From a virus: a DNA stretch of 64,000 nt. A model generated the notes under the pieces. The model saw nothing but the letters and a program-made list of their open reading frames with translations, ran no database searches and was not told where the DNA came from. The translations under genes and the position numbers were made by a program. Positions 27,137 to 36,688 of this stretch are shown here, one piece after another. The stretch lies in IMG/VR virus record IMGVR_UViG_3300025141_000026, one strand, 5' to 3'. The number at the start of each line of letters is the position of its first letter. Positions within the stretch are counted from its first letter, which is position 1.

Positions 27137-30094
27137 CTATCCCACCGTTAGTGAGTTTTTGTCATTCAATACTTTAGTAACTGCTTTCCCAAGTTGCCTC
27201 TCGTTTAATTCAAGCACGACGGTGGTGCCTCCGCCGGGTGCAGTTGCACCTCCGGAGCCCATTGCAGCTACAAGCGTATTGACCGCCGCTGTGTTTTCTT
27301 TTATAGCTGCTACGACATCTTCGTTATCCCCTTTGCCACCGGTGAGTCCACCCACTGCCCCAGCAATCATTGTTACTGGGTTCATCATTGCCATTGCCAT
27401 CATTGGGGCTGCCACAAGCATCGAGCTAGCTGTTTGTATTGAGTCGTCCAACTGCTGCACTTGGGCTGCGGGTACAACTTTCTCTCCTTGGTGTAGGTAG
27501 GCTGCGCCGTCTCCTGCAATCTCGCCACCTTCTTCCAGTAGCGGAATGAGCGGGATATTGATTCCAAAACTTTCACCACCTACAAGCGGCACCCAATCTG
27601 GTATTGTAAAGCTTATTGTATTTATACCGTTGATCATGGAGTTCACACCCCCAAGCATACTATTTACAATACCTTTTAAACTATCCGCAATACCAATAAA
27701 TACTGATGCGAGTCCGTTGCCGATGGTTGAGAATATATCGCCCACCGCAGTAAACCCAGATATCATAAAGTCGAACAACATTTCATAATTATCATATATC
27801 AAATAGGCTACGGCTGCAATAGCCATTCCAATCAACACAATCGGGTTAGTCAAAAGAGCCACAGTGAACCCAATAACAGCGGCCGTCACAGCAAGTAAAG
27901 CAGGTATGGCGGAGACAATCAGAGATAAAGCGAATGCCCCTACTGCAAAAATCGCACTAAAGATTGCTCCAACAACGCTTACGATCATGGTTGCTCCAAA
28001 AATGATCATTTTACCAATAGCCATCGCGAGTGCTCCAACAACTTTCACCGCAACTGTTACTCCAAATATTATCATTTTTCCAATTGCTGTAACAATCGCA
28101 GTCACAAACTTTGATATCATATTCCATGCAAAAAGAGCAGTGGTTTTTATTCCCGCCAAAAGAGGGGCGATAACTTTAGTGTATATCGTTGTGCCAAAAC
28201 TCATCAGACCTGTTTTAGCGGTTGTAAGAGCACCTAGAAATTTGGTTTTGAGTGTTGCTGCATTGAATGTGAGTGTTCCATTAAGAGTCAAAAGACTCTT
28301 TATTGACCCGAGAACGGATAGAGCAAACTCTTTCAAGCCAGCCGAGGACGTGAAAGTGTGCATAACCATTTGTTTGAAACCTATAGTGGTGCCTGCTACC
28401 GCAAATTTTATGTATAGTAGTGATGCTCCAAGGGCGAGAAGGACACCTGATAGTATCTTTGAACCTGCAATAAACTCTGCTACTGCTGCCACTATGTCAA
28501 TCAAGAAGTTCAAGAATTGAAAAAGTGGCTTTGTTATAGCTAACACAACACTAAGCACTGATGTCAGTAGACTTGTGAGTGGCATTACAGCAACAGCAAA
28601 CTGCTCCATCAATAAGGTCATTTTCTCTTGCATTGATGTTGATGCACTTGTTGCACCTGCCAAATCAGCAGTGGCTCCGGTGACGCCATCTATTTTACCC
28701 ACTGCTTCATCAAAAGCAGCAGAGTTGGTGCCAAATAGCTTTTCAGCATCTGCCATACTGCTGATTCCAGCGGCTGTGGCGATGGCTTGCTTCTCATGTC
28801 GATCCATGGAAGCGAAGGAACGTCCAGAGGCTGCAACCGAATCTTTTATAAGTTGAATTCTTTGTGACTCTGTGGCATTCAACATTTCCATTGTATTCAT
28901 TGTTGAGCCAAGAATCGCGTTCAATTTTGATGTAGACTCTGCTGCGCCCTCGATTGTGTCGAAACCTTTAGCAATACCCAATAAAGTGTTCATTTCCACA
29001 CCGGCAGCTTTTGCTTGCGCTGATAATTCCTTGAACACCTCGATGCCCTCTGGACCATACTTAGCCAGTTCGTCCATGGCGCTGTTGAAGTCAGATGCCA
29101 TTTTACCAGCAGGCACATTCAATGCTTGCGCGGTTGCCAAAAGTTCCAACGAAACATTATTAGCTTCAGCAGAAGACATGGCAAAGCCCTTCATCGCAAG
29201 ATCTTGTATCTGTGCTGTATCTTTGGCAGCTACGCCGGCTTTAGTTAGGGAGGCAGCCAGTTCTAAAGTCGCACTTTGCGCTTCTTTGGTCATCTCTGTG
29301 AACGCTGACATTCCTGTATATAAATCACCTGCGGCAGCGACTGTTTGTTCCATGTTCACACCAAACTGTCTTGTGTCTGCTGTAACATCAAACACAATAT
29401 CATTTAGTTTCCCACCTGCTGTGGTCATTTCATTAAAACGAGCAAGAGCACTATCTGTATTTATAACCATCATGGCTGTGCTTTCAACTATTTTTGCTGC
29501 ACCCATAGCGCCTATGTTTATTGGTGTTGCTAGCTCTTTGAATCTACCGAGCATTGATGACCCAACATTTTTCAAGGAACTGCCAAAACTCCTACCGTCG
29601 TTCATACCCTTTTGCAAAAGACCGACAACGCCAGACTGTTGCTCTTTTATACCGGTAAAGGTTCCAAGAAGATCTTCTGCTGTAGCTCTTATCTCTTTTT
29701 GGTATTCTTCCTGTTCTGCTAGTTGCTTCTTTATTAGTTCGTGGAGAGCCAGTTGCTGTTCCAACGCCTCTACTTCAGCCTCCATCTCCTCTCTTTGCTC
29801 TTTGGTGAGATCTTTGCTGTCGCGCAACTCTTTGTTGATTTTATCAATTTCTTTTTGATAGGTTTTTGCGGCTTCTTGGTTTTCTACTTGCGCTTCATTT
29901 AGTTCGTCAAGTCTTGTTTTATTAATTTTGGTTGCTTCGCCTTGAATATCCGCAATTTGACGCTCTACTTTTTCAAAAGCTTGTCGTCGCTCTAGTTGAG
30001 CCTTAGTTTCTTTACCTATCTCACCAAGAGTAGTTTTATACTCTTCCAATAAGACATTTAAAGCTGCTTGTTCTTCTGGGGTTAGTGTTGCCAA
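27137..30094 (-). CDS. Tail tape measure protein
   Basis: 985 aa, coiled-coil N-terminus, Ala/Gly-rich helical repeats, long hydrophobic region; canonical position. Confidence 0.85.
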   Translation of the reverse strand: MATLTPEEQAALNVLLEEYKTTLGEIGKETKAQLERRQAFEKVERQIADIQGEATKINKTRLDELNEAQVENQEAAKTYQKEIDKINKELRDSKDLTKEQREEMEAEVEALEQQLALHELIKKQLAEQEEYQKEIRATAEDLLGTFTGIKEQQSGVVGLLQKGMNDGRSFGSSLKNVGSSMLGRFKELATPINIGAMGAAKIVESTAMMVINTDSALARFNEMTTAGGKLNDIVFDVTADTRQFGVNMEQTVAAAGDLYTGMSAFTEMTKEAQSATLELAASLTKAGVAAKDTAQIQDLAMKGFAMSSAEANNVSLELLATAQALNVPAGKMASDFNSAMDELAKYGPEGIEVFKELSAQAKAAGVEMNTLLGIAKGFDTIEGAAESTSKLNAILGSTMNTMEMLNATESQRIQLIKDSVAASGRSFASMDRHEKQAIATAAGISSMADAEKLFGTNSAAFDEAVGKIDGVTGATADLAGATSASTSMQEKMTLLMEQFAVAVMPLTSLLTSVLSVVLAITKPLFQFLNFLIDIVAAVAEFIAGSKILSGVLLALGASLLYIKFAVAGTTIGFKQMVMHTFTSSAGLKEFALSVLGSIKSLLTLNGTLTFNAATLKTKFLGALTTAKTGLMSFGTTIYTKVIAPLLAGIKTTALFAWNMISKFVTAIVTAIGKMIIFGVTVAVKVVGALAMAIGKMIIFGATMIVSVVGAIFSAIFAVGAFALSLIVSAIPALLAVTAAVIGFTVALLTNPIVLIGMAIAAVAYLIYDNYEMLFDFMISGFTAVGDIFSTIGNGLASVFIGIADSLKGIVNSMLGGVNSMINGINTISFTIPDWVPLVGGESFGINIPLIPLLEEGGEIAGDGAAYLHQGEKVVPAAQVQQLDDSIQTASSMLVAAPMMAMAMMNPVTMIAGAVGGLTGGKGDNEDVVAAIKENTAAVNTLVAAMGSGGATAPGGGTTVVLELNERQLGKAVTKVLNDKNSLTVG

Positions 30095-30113
30095 TTGAAG
30101 CCCTCAACGTAAA

Positions 30114-30452
30114 TTATTTGAAGGGCCACTTTATACCGGTGGCTCTTTCAAATTTTGAGACGGCATTTTGGAGAGTAGATTTTGACCTATAAGTTCTTGG
30201 ATCTTTTAATCCAAACTTGTTATAAGCCTCAATGTATTTTTTTTCTTTTTGTAGAGCGCTAGCAAATGATTTTATTTCAGAAGGGTTTCCCCTGACTGTG
30301 ACGTTGGGAGGAACAATATCGCCCCCGAACATACCTTTGAGAATCATTTTGATCGCGCCGCCAAACATTGCGAGCCAACTTTCGTTCATTTCTTGACGAC
30401 GATTTACGCCAAGATCTATATCAATTGAAACGATGTCTTGCTCTTCATTCAT
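30114..30452 (-). CDS. Hypothetical late protein
   Basis: ATG 30452 has GGAGG 8 nt upstream; late motif at 30485. Confidence 0.65.
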   Translation of the reverse strand: MNEEQDIVSIDIDLGVNRRQEMNESWLAMFGGAIKMILKGMFGGDIVPPNVTVRGNPSEIKSFASALQKEKKYIEAYNKFGLKDPRTYRSKSTLQNAVSKFERATGIKWPFK

Positions 30453-30484
30453 CTGTTGTTCCTCCAAAGAATGCACAAACTCTA

Positions 30485-30494
30485 TATAAATAGT
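30485..30494 (-). promoter_or_regulatory. Putative late promoter ACTATTTATA
   Basis: Recurrent intergenic motif. Confidence 0.65.
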
Positions 30495-30518
30495 AATTTT
30501 GAAAAAATGTTTGCGTTA

Positions 30519-30720
30519 TCAACGGCGCTTGGCTTTGCTTTGTGCGCTTTCCGAAGCTTCTTTTTCAGCCTCAAGCTGCTCATTTAGCTTGGCTACAAAC
30601 CAATTGCGTATTTTTACTGGAAGGTTGTATGCTTCAATGAAGCTCCATCCACCATAATACTTTAAATAGAAGAAGTGTTCGTAAACCTTCTCAATGTAGT
30701 TATCGTTGAGGCCAAAAAAA
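30519..30720 (-). CDS. Tail/baseplate assembly chaperone C-terminal part (gp51-like), probably reached by frameshift
   Basis: FFYLKYYGGWSFIEAYNLPVKIRNWF; no in-frame ATG/GTG/TTG downstream of the T7 run. Confidence 0.6.
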
Positions 30721-31563
30721 GTCAGTGGTAAACGGTACCTCCATTTCTTGCTCGTATCCGCAAGATGGGCACTCATAATCATGCTTTAAGTCAACATTTG
30801 GCATTTTTCTAGCGTATATATCACGAAGATAACGAGCATCGGAAGCGGGAAGGGACCTGATGAACATATTGATCAAAGGTGTTTCTGCCTGCCCTTCAAC
30901 AGCAACGATAGCCATTCCAAGTTGGTCTGATAGGGTTGATTCGGGTTGTTTGTTTTTCTTTTTTCTGGCGGTGAGTTGTGCCAAAGATTTTTCTGCACTC
31001 CCGTCTAGCAACTTCATAGTTACGGCAACATTTCCTCTTGGAGTCGTTGCGATAAATGTACCATCATCTTTATCTTCTACACCCTCAATCTCCTCGCGGT
31101 CGTTTGTGGCTCCATCTTCTAAATCAAATTCTACAGTGGAGGGTGTTTCACATTGTGGACAAGTTATTTTTGTATTATAAGAAGACCCATATCCAGTTAT
31201 TCTTGCTGCTACAATAAGTGCGTTCTTGTCTCCGGTCAAAAGAGAGTTCACATGGATAGATTTATCGATAATTATGTTTTGTAATAACCTATCAATTGCG
31301 ATACCTTTTTTCAATAAAGATTTTGACGTTAGGATGTCTTCGTCCTTAGCCGTCATGAAACGTATTTCAATTGAGTCTTTGCCACATAAGGGGTGACCTT
31401 CGCCGTAGTAAAGCCCCTTGGATGGTAGATCAACTATTTCAGTTGGGGTTGTAAAAGATAAGGAGGGTTTTGACTCTTCTTGCTCTTGTTCTAGATTAGA
31501 GATGGGGGCGTCACCTTGAACTTTGGTAGCCCCAAATCTCTCTTCGTTGTTTCGTATTGACAT
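30700..31563 (-). CDS. Baseplate hub / tail assembly chaperone (gp26-like)
   Basis: VDLPSKG, MTAKDEDIL, two CxxC motifs, C-terminal FFWP. Confidence 0.8.
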   Translation of the reverse strand: MSIRNNEERFGATKVQGDAPISNLEQEQEESKPSLSFTTPTEIVDLPSKGLYYGEGHPLCGKDSIEIRFMTAKDEDILTSKSLLKKGIAIDRLLQNIIIDKSIHVNSLLTGDKNALIVAARITGYGSSYNTKITCPQCETPSTVEFDLEDGATNDREEIEGVEDKDDGTFIATTPRGNVAVTMKLLDGSAEKSLAQLTARKKKNKQPESTLSDQLGMAIVAVEGQAETPLINMFIRSLPASDARYLRDIYARKMPNVDLKHDYECPSCGYEQEMEVPFTTDFFWPQR

Positions 31564-31612
31564 TTTTACCTCTTAGTTTCGTTTGTATTATACAGTATAA
31601 GCCATCACATTT

Positions 31613-32143
31613 TTATAAGTTATTATTAAATGTTGCGTAATCATATCTAATTGTGCATGAGCATTCTAGCATGTCTTCGCCGCCGTAATCATAATCACCC
31701 CATGTGATGTTTGTAAAAAAAGCGTTTGTCAATTCCCAAAAAGCAATAACTTGAAGTGACGTTGAACTACTGTTGGCGATGCCAAGCTGGTTGATTATTA
31801 CGCTTTTCACTCCCTTTGTTGTAGAAGCTTGCTTAGTAAGACCCCTCAACCTTTGAGTGGATGTTTCAGGGTTAGAATATCCAGAGTTGATAAGTTTAGT
31901 TTGCAAATTCTCTGACTGGTCGTCTTTCCCGCCGGGGTCAACAAAAGAAATATCAATTGGATCCCACTCAACTCTACCGGGGTAATAAAATGTGTGGTTC
32001 AAGAACTTGTGCGGCGTCTCTGATATCTTGACCGCTGGGTTCTTTACTTTTGTCACTACATATGTTGAATCGCCCCCTAGTAACAACTCAAATCTGTACT
32101 TTCTTTTAGGCTCTAATCTTGCATCTGACCAAAATGTAGGCAT
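31613..32143 (-). CDS. Tail tube protein (gp19-like)
   Basis: EPKRKYRF, YYPGRVEWDPI, WELTNAF, IRYDYA; follows sheath. Confidence 0.85.
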   Translation of the reverse strand: MPTFWSDARLEPKRKYRFELLLGGDSTYVVTKVKNPAVKISETPHKFLNHTFYYPGRVEWDPIDISFVDPGGKDDQSENLQTKLINSGYSNPETSTQRLRGLTKQASTTKGVKSVIINQLGIANSSSTSLQVIAFWELTNAFFTNITWGDYDYGGEDMLECSCTIRYDYATFNNNL

Positions 32144-32173
32144 TTTGTTGGTCCTCCTATATTTCTTATGTGT

Positions 32174-32183
32174 TATAAATAGT
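32174..32183 (-). promoter_or_regulatory. Putative late promoter ACTATTTATA upstream of tail tube
   Basis: Recurrent motif; abuts a hairpin. Confidence 0.65.
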
Positions 32184-32205
32184 GGGGGGCAGCAAAACCC
32201 CCCAC
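32182..32205 (-). terminator. GC-rich hairpin / terminator after the sheath gene
   Basis: GTGGGGGG-N8-CCCCCCAC followed by TATTT. Confidence 0.6.
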
Positions 32206-32215
32206 CTCTTTTTTA

Positions 32216-35137
32216 TTAATCCTCGAATGAAGCTCCACTATTTGTGATATTGAAATCAATCGCAATATATTCAATTGCTTTAGTTGGCTTCAAGAAGATC
32301 TTAGCGTATACGATATTTCTATCGATAAGCTCTGGTGTCGTTGTTGATTCGTCCAATACAACTTTGAAATCATCAAGTCCGAATCTAGCTTTTACAGACG
32401 CTAGGAATGGTTTTACTTCTGATAGGAAGTCATTCCATGTTGACTGAACGTTTGGCTGGAAAAGAACTTGACCTGCCATTCTAGAAATTTGCTTCTTGAC
32501 GAAATTCATCAATCTTCTCACATTGATTCTATCCAAAGCAGAAGGTGTAACTTGAAGCGTTTTTTGACCGAAGACTACAATTCCCTCATTCGGGAAGTTG
32601 GCGATTGGATTGATATTTGCCTCATAAAGATTATCTCTCTCTTTGGAAGTCAGCCTTTGGCTTGTCCCAACCACAGGAAGTCCTGCATCTCCGTTAGAAA
32701 GCCCACCTCTGTTGAATCCAGCAGGTGCGAACCAAAGTTCATCTTTTCTTTCTGTAGTAGCGAAGACTCCAATGGCAGCCACCGAAGGTGGAACCCAAAC
32801 AAGTGCCCCTTTCTCTGGGTCTCTAATCTGAACCCATGGGTAGTAAGCACATCCGTAACTGCTATTTTCCTGAAGGATTTGGAGATTGTTAATAACGTTT
32901 TCAAGACTTCCTCTTCTATCCTTTTCTGTACCAAGAGCTTCAGTATTTGGCTGGTAGCCTCCCTGAAGGTCAATAATTGCCAGTGCATCCGCTCTATCTT
33001 CACAAGTTCTAATAATTCTTGTGGTCAATCCTTGATTCGTAAGTCCCGGCATTGAAATCATGTTTGTATCTACAACTTCAGGATCAGCAACCGATGCGAT
33101 GGCGTGTTGAATTGAGTTGACGATATAGTTGGTTTTTGCCGAATCGGTGTCAGTTATCGCACTATTTCTAAATGGCTCCATCTCTTTTACGTTAAGACCA
33201 TCATTTCCTCCGAAGAGCGGTAGTGTAAACTGATCGAAACCTTTTTTGAGCATGGCACCAAAAGAGGAAGTTCCTCTATAAGATGTCGCGCCGGAGCGTG
33301 AACCGCTTACCCAGAACATTTCTCCCGGTGCTGCGGCAACAGAGCCAGATGTGGCAGATCCGCTAAGGTCATCAAGAGTAAAGATAAATGAGTTTGCTAA
33401 TGGAGATGTTGCACCCGTATCATTGAACTGGTTGTCATACAGATTAGCACAAAGGGCTCTGGAGTAGTCAATGTTAGCGGGCGAATAATCGCTAGATCCA
33501 GAAGACTTAGATGTGGTGTAACCAAAATAAGCCTTCGTTGATGATGGAGCACCTAAAGAAGTTGTTCTCGCAAGGTGACCGGGATAAATAATAGAAGCAG
33601 AAAGCCCTATGGCGGTGTTTACCCAGTCAATGTCGCCTGTCCCCGCAATCTCTTTTACTGGCGTGTCGGTGGGGTTGTCAATCTCAAGGAGGGATGAGGT
33701 CCACTTTGCTACTGCTTCGCCTTCGGCTGCTGTTCCATCCACATCTGAGACAAGTATAAACTGCTCATACTTAGCTGGTCCTCTAAAACCGGCTGGAAGT
33801 AATCTTTCATCTGAAAGACCGGTGTCAACGTTTTCATTTACGACTACACGAATGATAGAAGATAGGTTATTGAACTTTCCATACTCTCTGTATCTTGCTT
33901 CAGCAGCATCCCATTCAATATATTTATCACCAATTTTTCTCGCAACGTAATTTTCAGATTGTGGATCTAAATTACACTGTGTGTACCTTTCAACAAAGCG
34001 AACTGCACTGTCGGAATCTTTAGCGTTTCTAACGACAACTGTAAAAGACCCATATGGGGCGTCGTCTGTGGTAGATTCACGAATATCTTCAATTGAAATT
34101 TTGAACCTCTTCCCTTCATCGAAACCAGCATTGATAGTCTCAAAGTAGAACAGGTTTGGTGTTCTAGATGTTGATACTGCAAACGATCCAGTATCATTGC
34201 TTAAATCTTGTGAGAACACATATGGTGTTCTTGCAGCCCTCATAGGCTTCTGGTGGTCAGATCTCTTGCTACTTCCGGCTTCCAAAGGAAGAATAATTCC
34301 GTAAAGCCCGCCAGCAGCAGTGGTAGATTTATCATGGAGGTCGTGACCGGCTCTGCTGTCTGTGAGCCAATTTTCATAAGTTTGTCCAAGCCAATATCTT
34401 TCAGTAAGACCAGAGGCACCCACATGAGAGTTTGTCAAGGTTGGGTTTGTGTTGAAAACTTTTCTAACAAACTTATCACTTGCTTCATTGAAATTGAATT
34501 CAGTTGTGTATTGAACCACGCCGGTGGAGGTCTTTACGTCTACTTTGAAACCAAAATCAGTTCCGACACTCTTAACAACTCCTCCCATGGAAGATGTTAC
34601 AGCAGCAGCGGCACCGGGGGCTGAATCTTCACCACTAAGTGCAGGGTGACCATTCTCAAAATACCACACAGCACTCAAAGTTCCTGTTCCGTGCTGTGCA
34701 GCAGAACTTGATGGCCATATAAAGAGACCATAGGCACCACCGTTAGATGTAGCGCCAGCTACATATGTGGCGGCGGCGGTTTTCCAGCCAGCCTTGCCTG
34801 CGGCATCAGCGTCAGGAGCTTCAGTTCCAAGGAGACGAACAACATTCACCGGTGTGCTATTTCTCAAATATGCTTGAGCAGCATAAGCTGCATATGTTGG
34901 AGCGGTATAGTTACCATTTCTCCATACGTCGGAACCATCTCCACCGGGCATTCCCTCGCCAAAAATGTTGATAAACTCTGAATACGACTTGACTTTTACG
35001 GGACGCAAAGCCGGTCCTCTTTCTAATCTACCAATAACAGTTGGTCCGATGGCATCGCTAACTTTATTTAGCGCAGAGTTATCAATCTCGTTGATAAAGA
35101 CTCCGGGGGATACAAACTTGAATTGCTTAACTGACAT
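32216..35137 (-). CDS. Contractile tail sheath protein (gp18-like)
   Basis: FVSPGVFINEID, YYPWV, WFAPAGFNRG, INPI, GQKTL, DRINVRRL. Confidence 0.95.
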   Translation of the reverse strand: MSVKQFKFVSPGVFINEIDNSALNKVSDAIGPTVIGRLERGPALRPVKVKSYSEFINIFGEGMPGGDGSDVWRNGNYTAPTYAAYAAQAYLRNSTPVNVVRLLGTEAPDADAAGKAGWKTAAATYVAGATSNGGAYGLFIWPSSSAAQHGTGTLSAVWYFENGHPALSGEDSAPGAAAAVTSSMGGVVKSVGTDFGFKVDVKTSTGVVQYTTEFNFNEASDKFVRKVFNTNPTLTNSHVGASGLTERYWLGQTYENWLTDSRAGHDLHDKSTTAAGGLYGIILPLEAGSSKRSDHQKPMRAARTPYVFSQDLSNDTGSFAVSTSRTPNLFYFETINAGFDEGKRFKISIEDIRESTTDDAPYGSFTVVVRNAKDSDSAVRFVERYTQCNLDPQSENYVARKIGDKYIEWDAAEARYREYGKFNNLSSIIRVVVNENVDTGLSDERLLPAGFRGPAKYEQFILVSDVDGTAAEGEAVAKWTSSLLEIDNPTDTPVKEIAGTGDIDWVNTAIGLSASIIYPGHLARTTSLGAPSSTKAYFGYTTSKSSGSSDYSPANIDYSRALCANLYDNQFNDTGATSPLANSFIFTLDDLSGSATSGSVAAAPGEMFWVSGSRSGATSYRGTSSFGAMLKKGFDQFTLPLFGGNDGLNVKEMEPFRNSAITDTDSAKTNYIVNSIQHAIASVADPEVVDTNMISMPGLTNQGLTTRIIRTCEDRADALAIIDLQGGYQPNTEALGTEKDRRGSLENVINNLQILQENSSYGCAYYPWVQIRDPEKGALVWVPPSVAAIGVFATTERKDELWFAPAGFNRGGLSNGDAGLPVVGTSQRLTSKERDNLYEANINPIANFPNEGIVVFGQKTLQVTPSALDRINVRRLMNFVKKQISRMAGQVLFQPNVQSTWNDFLSEVKPFLASVKARFGLDDFKVVLDESTTTPELIDRNIVYAKIFLKPTKAIEYIAIDFNITNSGASFED

Positions 35138-35188
35138 GTTGTTGTTCTCCTTATTATGATAAGTGTATTAGTTTACAATAATTTCTCT

Positions 35189-35198
35189 TATAATTAGT
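35189..35198 (-). promoter_or_regulatory. Putative late promoter ACTAATTATA upstream of sheath
   Basis: Recurrent motif. Confidence 0.6.
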
Positions 35199-35241
35199 GT
35201 GCTAAACTACGAAAACTCCAGTATCGTTTATTTTTATTTTT

Positions 35242-36159
35242 CTAACTGTATGGATCTTCTTCTGGTAGGTTCGGATTCCAGCCATCGGGGTATTTCCCAA
35301 CACCGGGATTGGTGGTCTTGTCGGAGGTGTGCCCCTCAACTGCGGTGAGATCTGCTTGTGATATGTTTTGCGGTATGTCGCCAAATATTGCCTCTTCTTT
35401 TGTAATTGCAACATCAACAATGCTCTCTCTGAAAGATATCCTTGGTCCTTCTTGATTTTCCTCTGATCCCAGTATATAACCAAGCACGTTTATGTTAAAT
35501 TGTGTCTCTATAGTGCGCTCATCTGCGCCCATTGAGGACAGATTGTTTTGCGGTGCGAAGTCTTCTGCTAAAAAAGCCTCATAACTGTGACCGTCCTTAT
35601 TTATGTTAAAATAGTTTATCCCTCCTCCCTTATTCAAGAAGGGCAAAAGGGCTTGATTCATTTGTTGAATGTACTGTGTGCGGATTGTCACCTGATATGT
35701 TATATACAAATAAACCGGCATTGGTATATAGGCATACTGGAATACTGTTTTAGTGGGGGGAGAGGGGGAATTTATTTGCCCCACGCTTTTTTTCAGTCTA
35801 GCACCTTCAAAATTTGAAGTTTTATCTTGATTGATCCTCTCTGCAACAGCGATTGAGTTGCCCATGACTCTACCGGGGACATTGCCATATATGCTCCCTT
35901 TCTTTGTGAGGCTTTTTTGCATAGCTGTTCTTTCTATGGTCAAAACAGGCAGAACAATGGTGCCGTCTGCATCTCTATACTCTTTATTTTTTTTGGCTTG
36001 AAAAGCTCTCTCGGCAGAAACCCACAAAACGGGCAGTTGTTCAAAGCCCTTGTTCCCAACAACGTGAGTGTTCATATCTTTAATATGATCTAGCATGGCA
36101 GCATCGATTGTTTCGATGGTTGACATTTTGATTGGTATGTCTTCTCTAAATTTGCTCAT
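35242..36159 (-). CDS. Tail terminator / sheath stabiliser (gp15-like)
   Basis: PMPVYLYITYQVTIRTQYIQQMNQ; position between neck and sheath. Confidence 0.65.
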   Translation of the reverse strand: MSKFREDIPIKMSTIETIDAAMLDHIKDMNTHVVGNKGFEQLPVLWVSAERAFQAKKNKEYRDADGTIVLPVLTIERTAMQKSLTKKGSIYGNVPGRVMGNSIAVAERINQDKTSNFEGARLKKSVGQINSPSPPTKTVFQYAYIPMPVYLYITYQVTIRTQYIQQMNQALLPFLNKGGGINYFNINKDGHSYEAFLAEDFAPQNNLSSMGADERTIETQFNINVLGYILGSEENQEGPRISFRESIVDVAITKEEAIFGDIPQNISQADLTAVEGHTSDKTTNPGVGKYPDGWNPNLPEEDPYS

Positions 36160-36165
36160 ATATTA

Positions 36166-36684
36166 TTATGGGTATGAATTGGCGTTACCCACTATTCCTC
36201 CTGCTTCAAAAATACTTTTTCTTGCTTTTATACATTCCGCAGATATTTCTACTCTATGGTCGTTTTGACCAAATAGCTCTCTAGGCTCGTTTAGTATTAC
36301 AATTTCATAATAACTTTGCCCATATAAAATGAAGTCGCCCTCTCTAACAAACAAGTCTTGATCCTCGGTTAGCCTTCTTTTGTGAAAATGTATGTTTATA
36401 CGTGGTCTTCTGTTTATTCCAAGGTGAGTATTTTCTGTTTCGTAACCTTGCCATTCAACAAGTGCATAAACCCTCACAGGAGGCAAAAAAGTTTTGTTTA
36501 TAGCCTCCCCATATACTTCATGGTAGTCTGTATGCTCTAAGCTTATAGGGTAGTATAGTATTTGTTGTCCAATGACTCTTTCAATGAGTTCATCATTGAC
36601 TTGCTTAACAAGATCGCGCTCCTTTTTGCCTGTAAACAAAGGAGGTGGCGGCTGGTTCGGTTGTGACCACTTATTGTCTGACAT
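36166..36684 (-). CDS. Neck / head closure protein (gp14-like)
   Basis: ELIERVIGQQILYY, VYGEA, REGDFI; position. Confidence 0.7.
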   Translation of the reverse strand: MSDNKWSQPNQPPPPLFTGKKERDLVKQVNDELIERVIGQQILYYPISLEHTDYHEVYGEAINKTFLPPVRVYALVEWQGYETENTHLGINRRPRINIHFHKRRLTEDQDLFVREGDFILYGQSYYEIVILNEPRELFGQNDHRVEISAECIKARKSIFEAGGIVGNANSYP

Positions 36685-36688
36685 TCAT

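Noticed and set aside
28872-29858. 328-aa + strand ORF (also 27864..28520 and 27159..27500)
   Set aside because: Antisense shadows of the tape measure gene; no RBS or motifs, and composition mirrors the sense codon bias.
35202-35483. Alternative-frame - strand ORFs (also 23472..23663, 18983..19288, 48029..48478)
   Set aside because: They lie largely inside better-supported genes and show no RBS or recognisable features.
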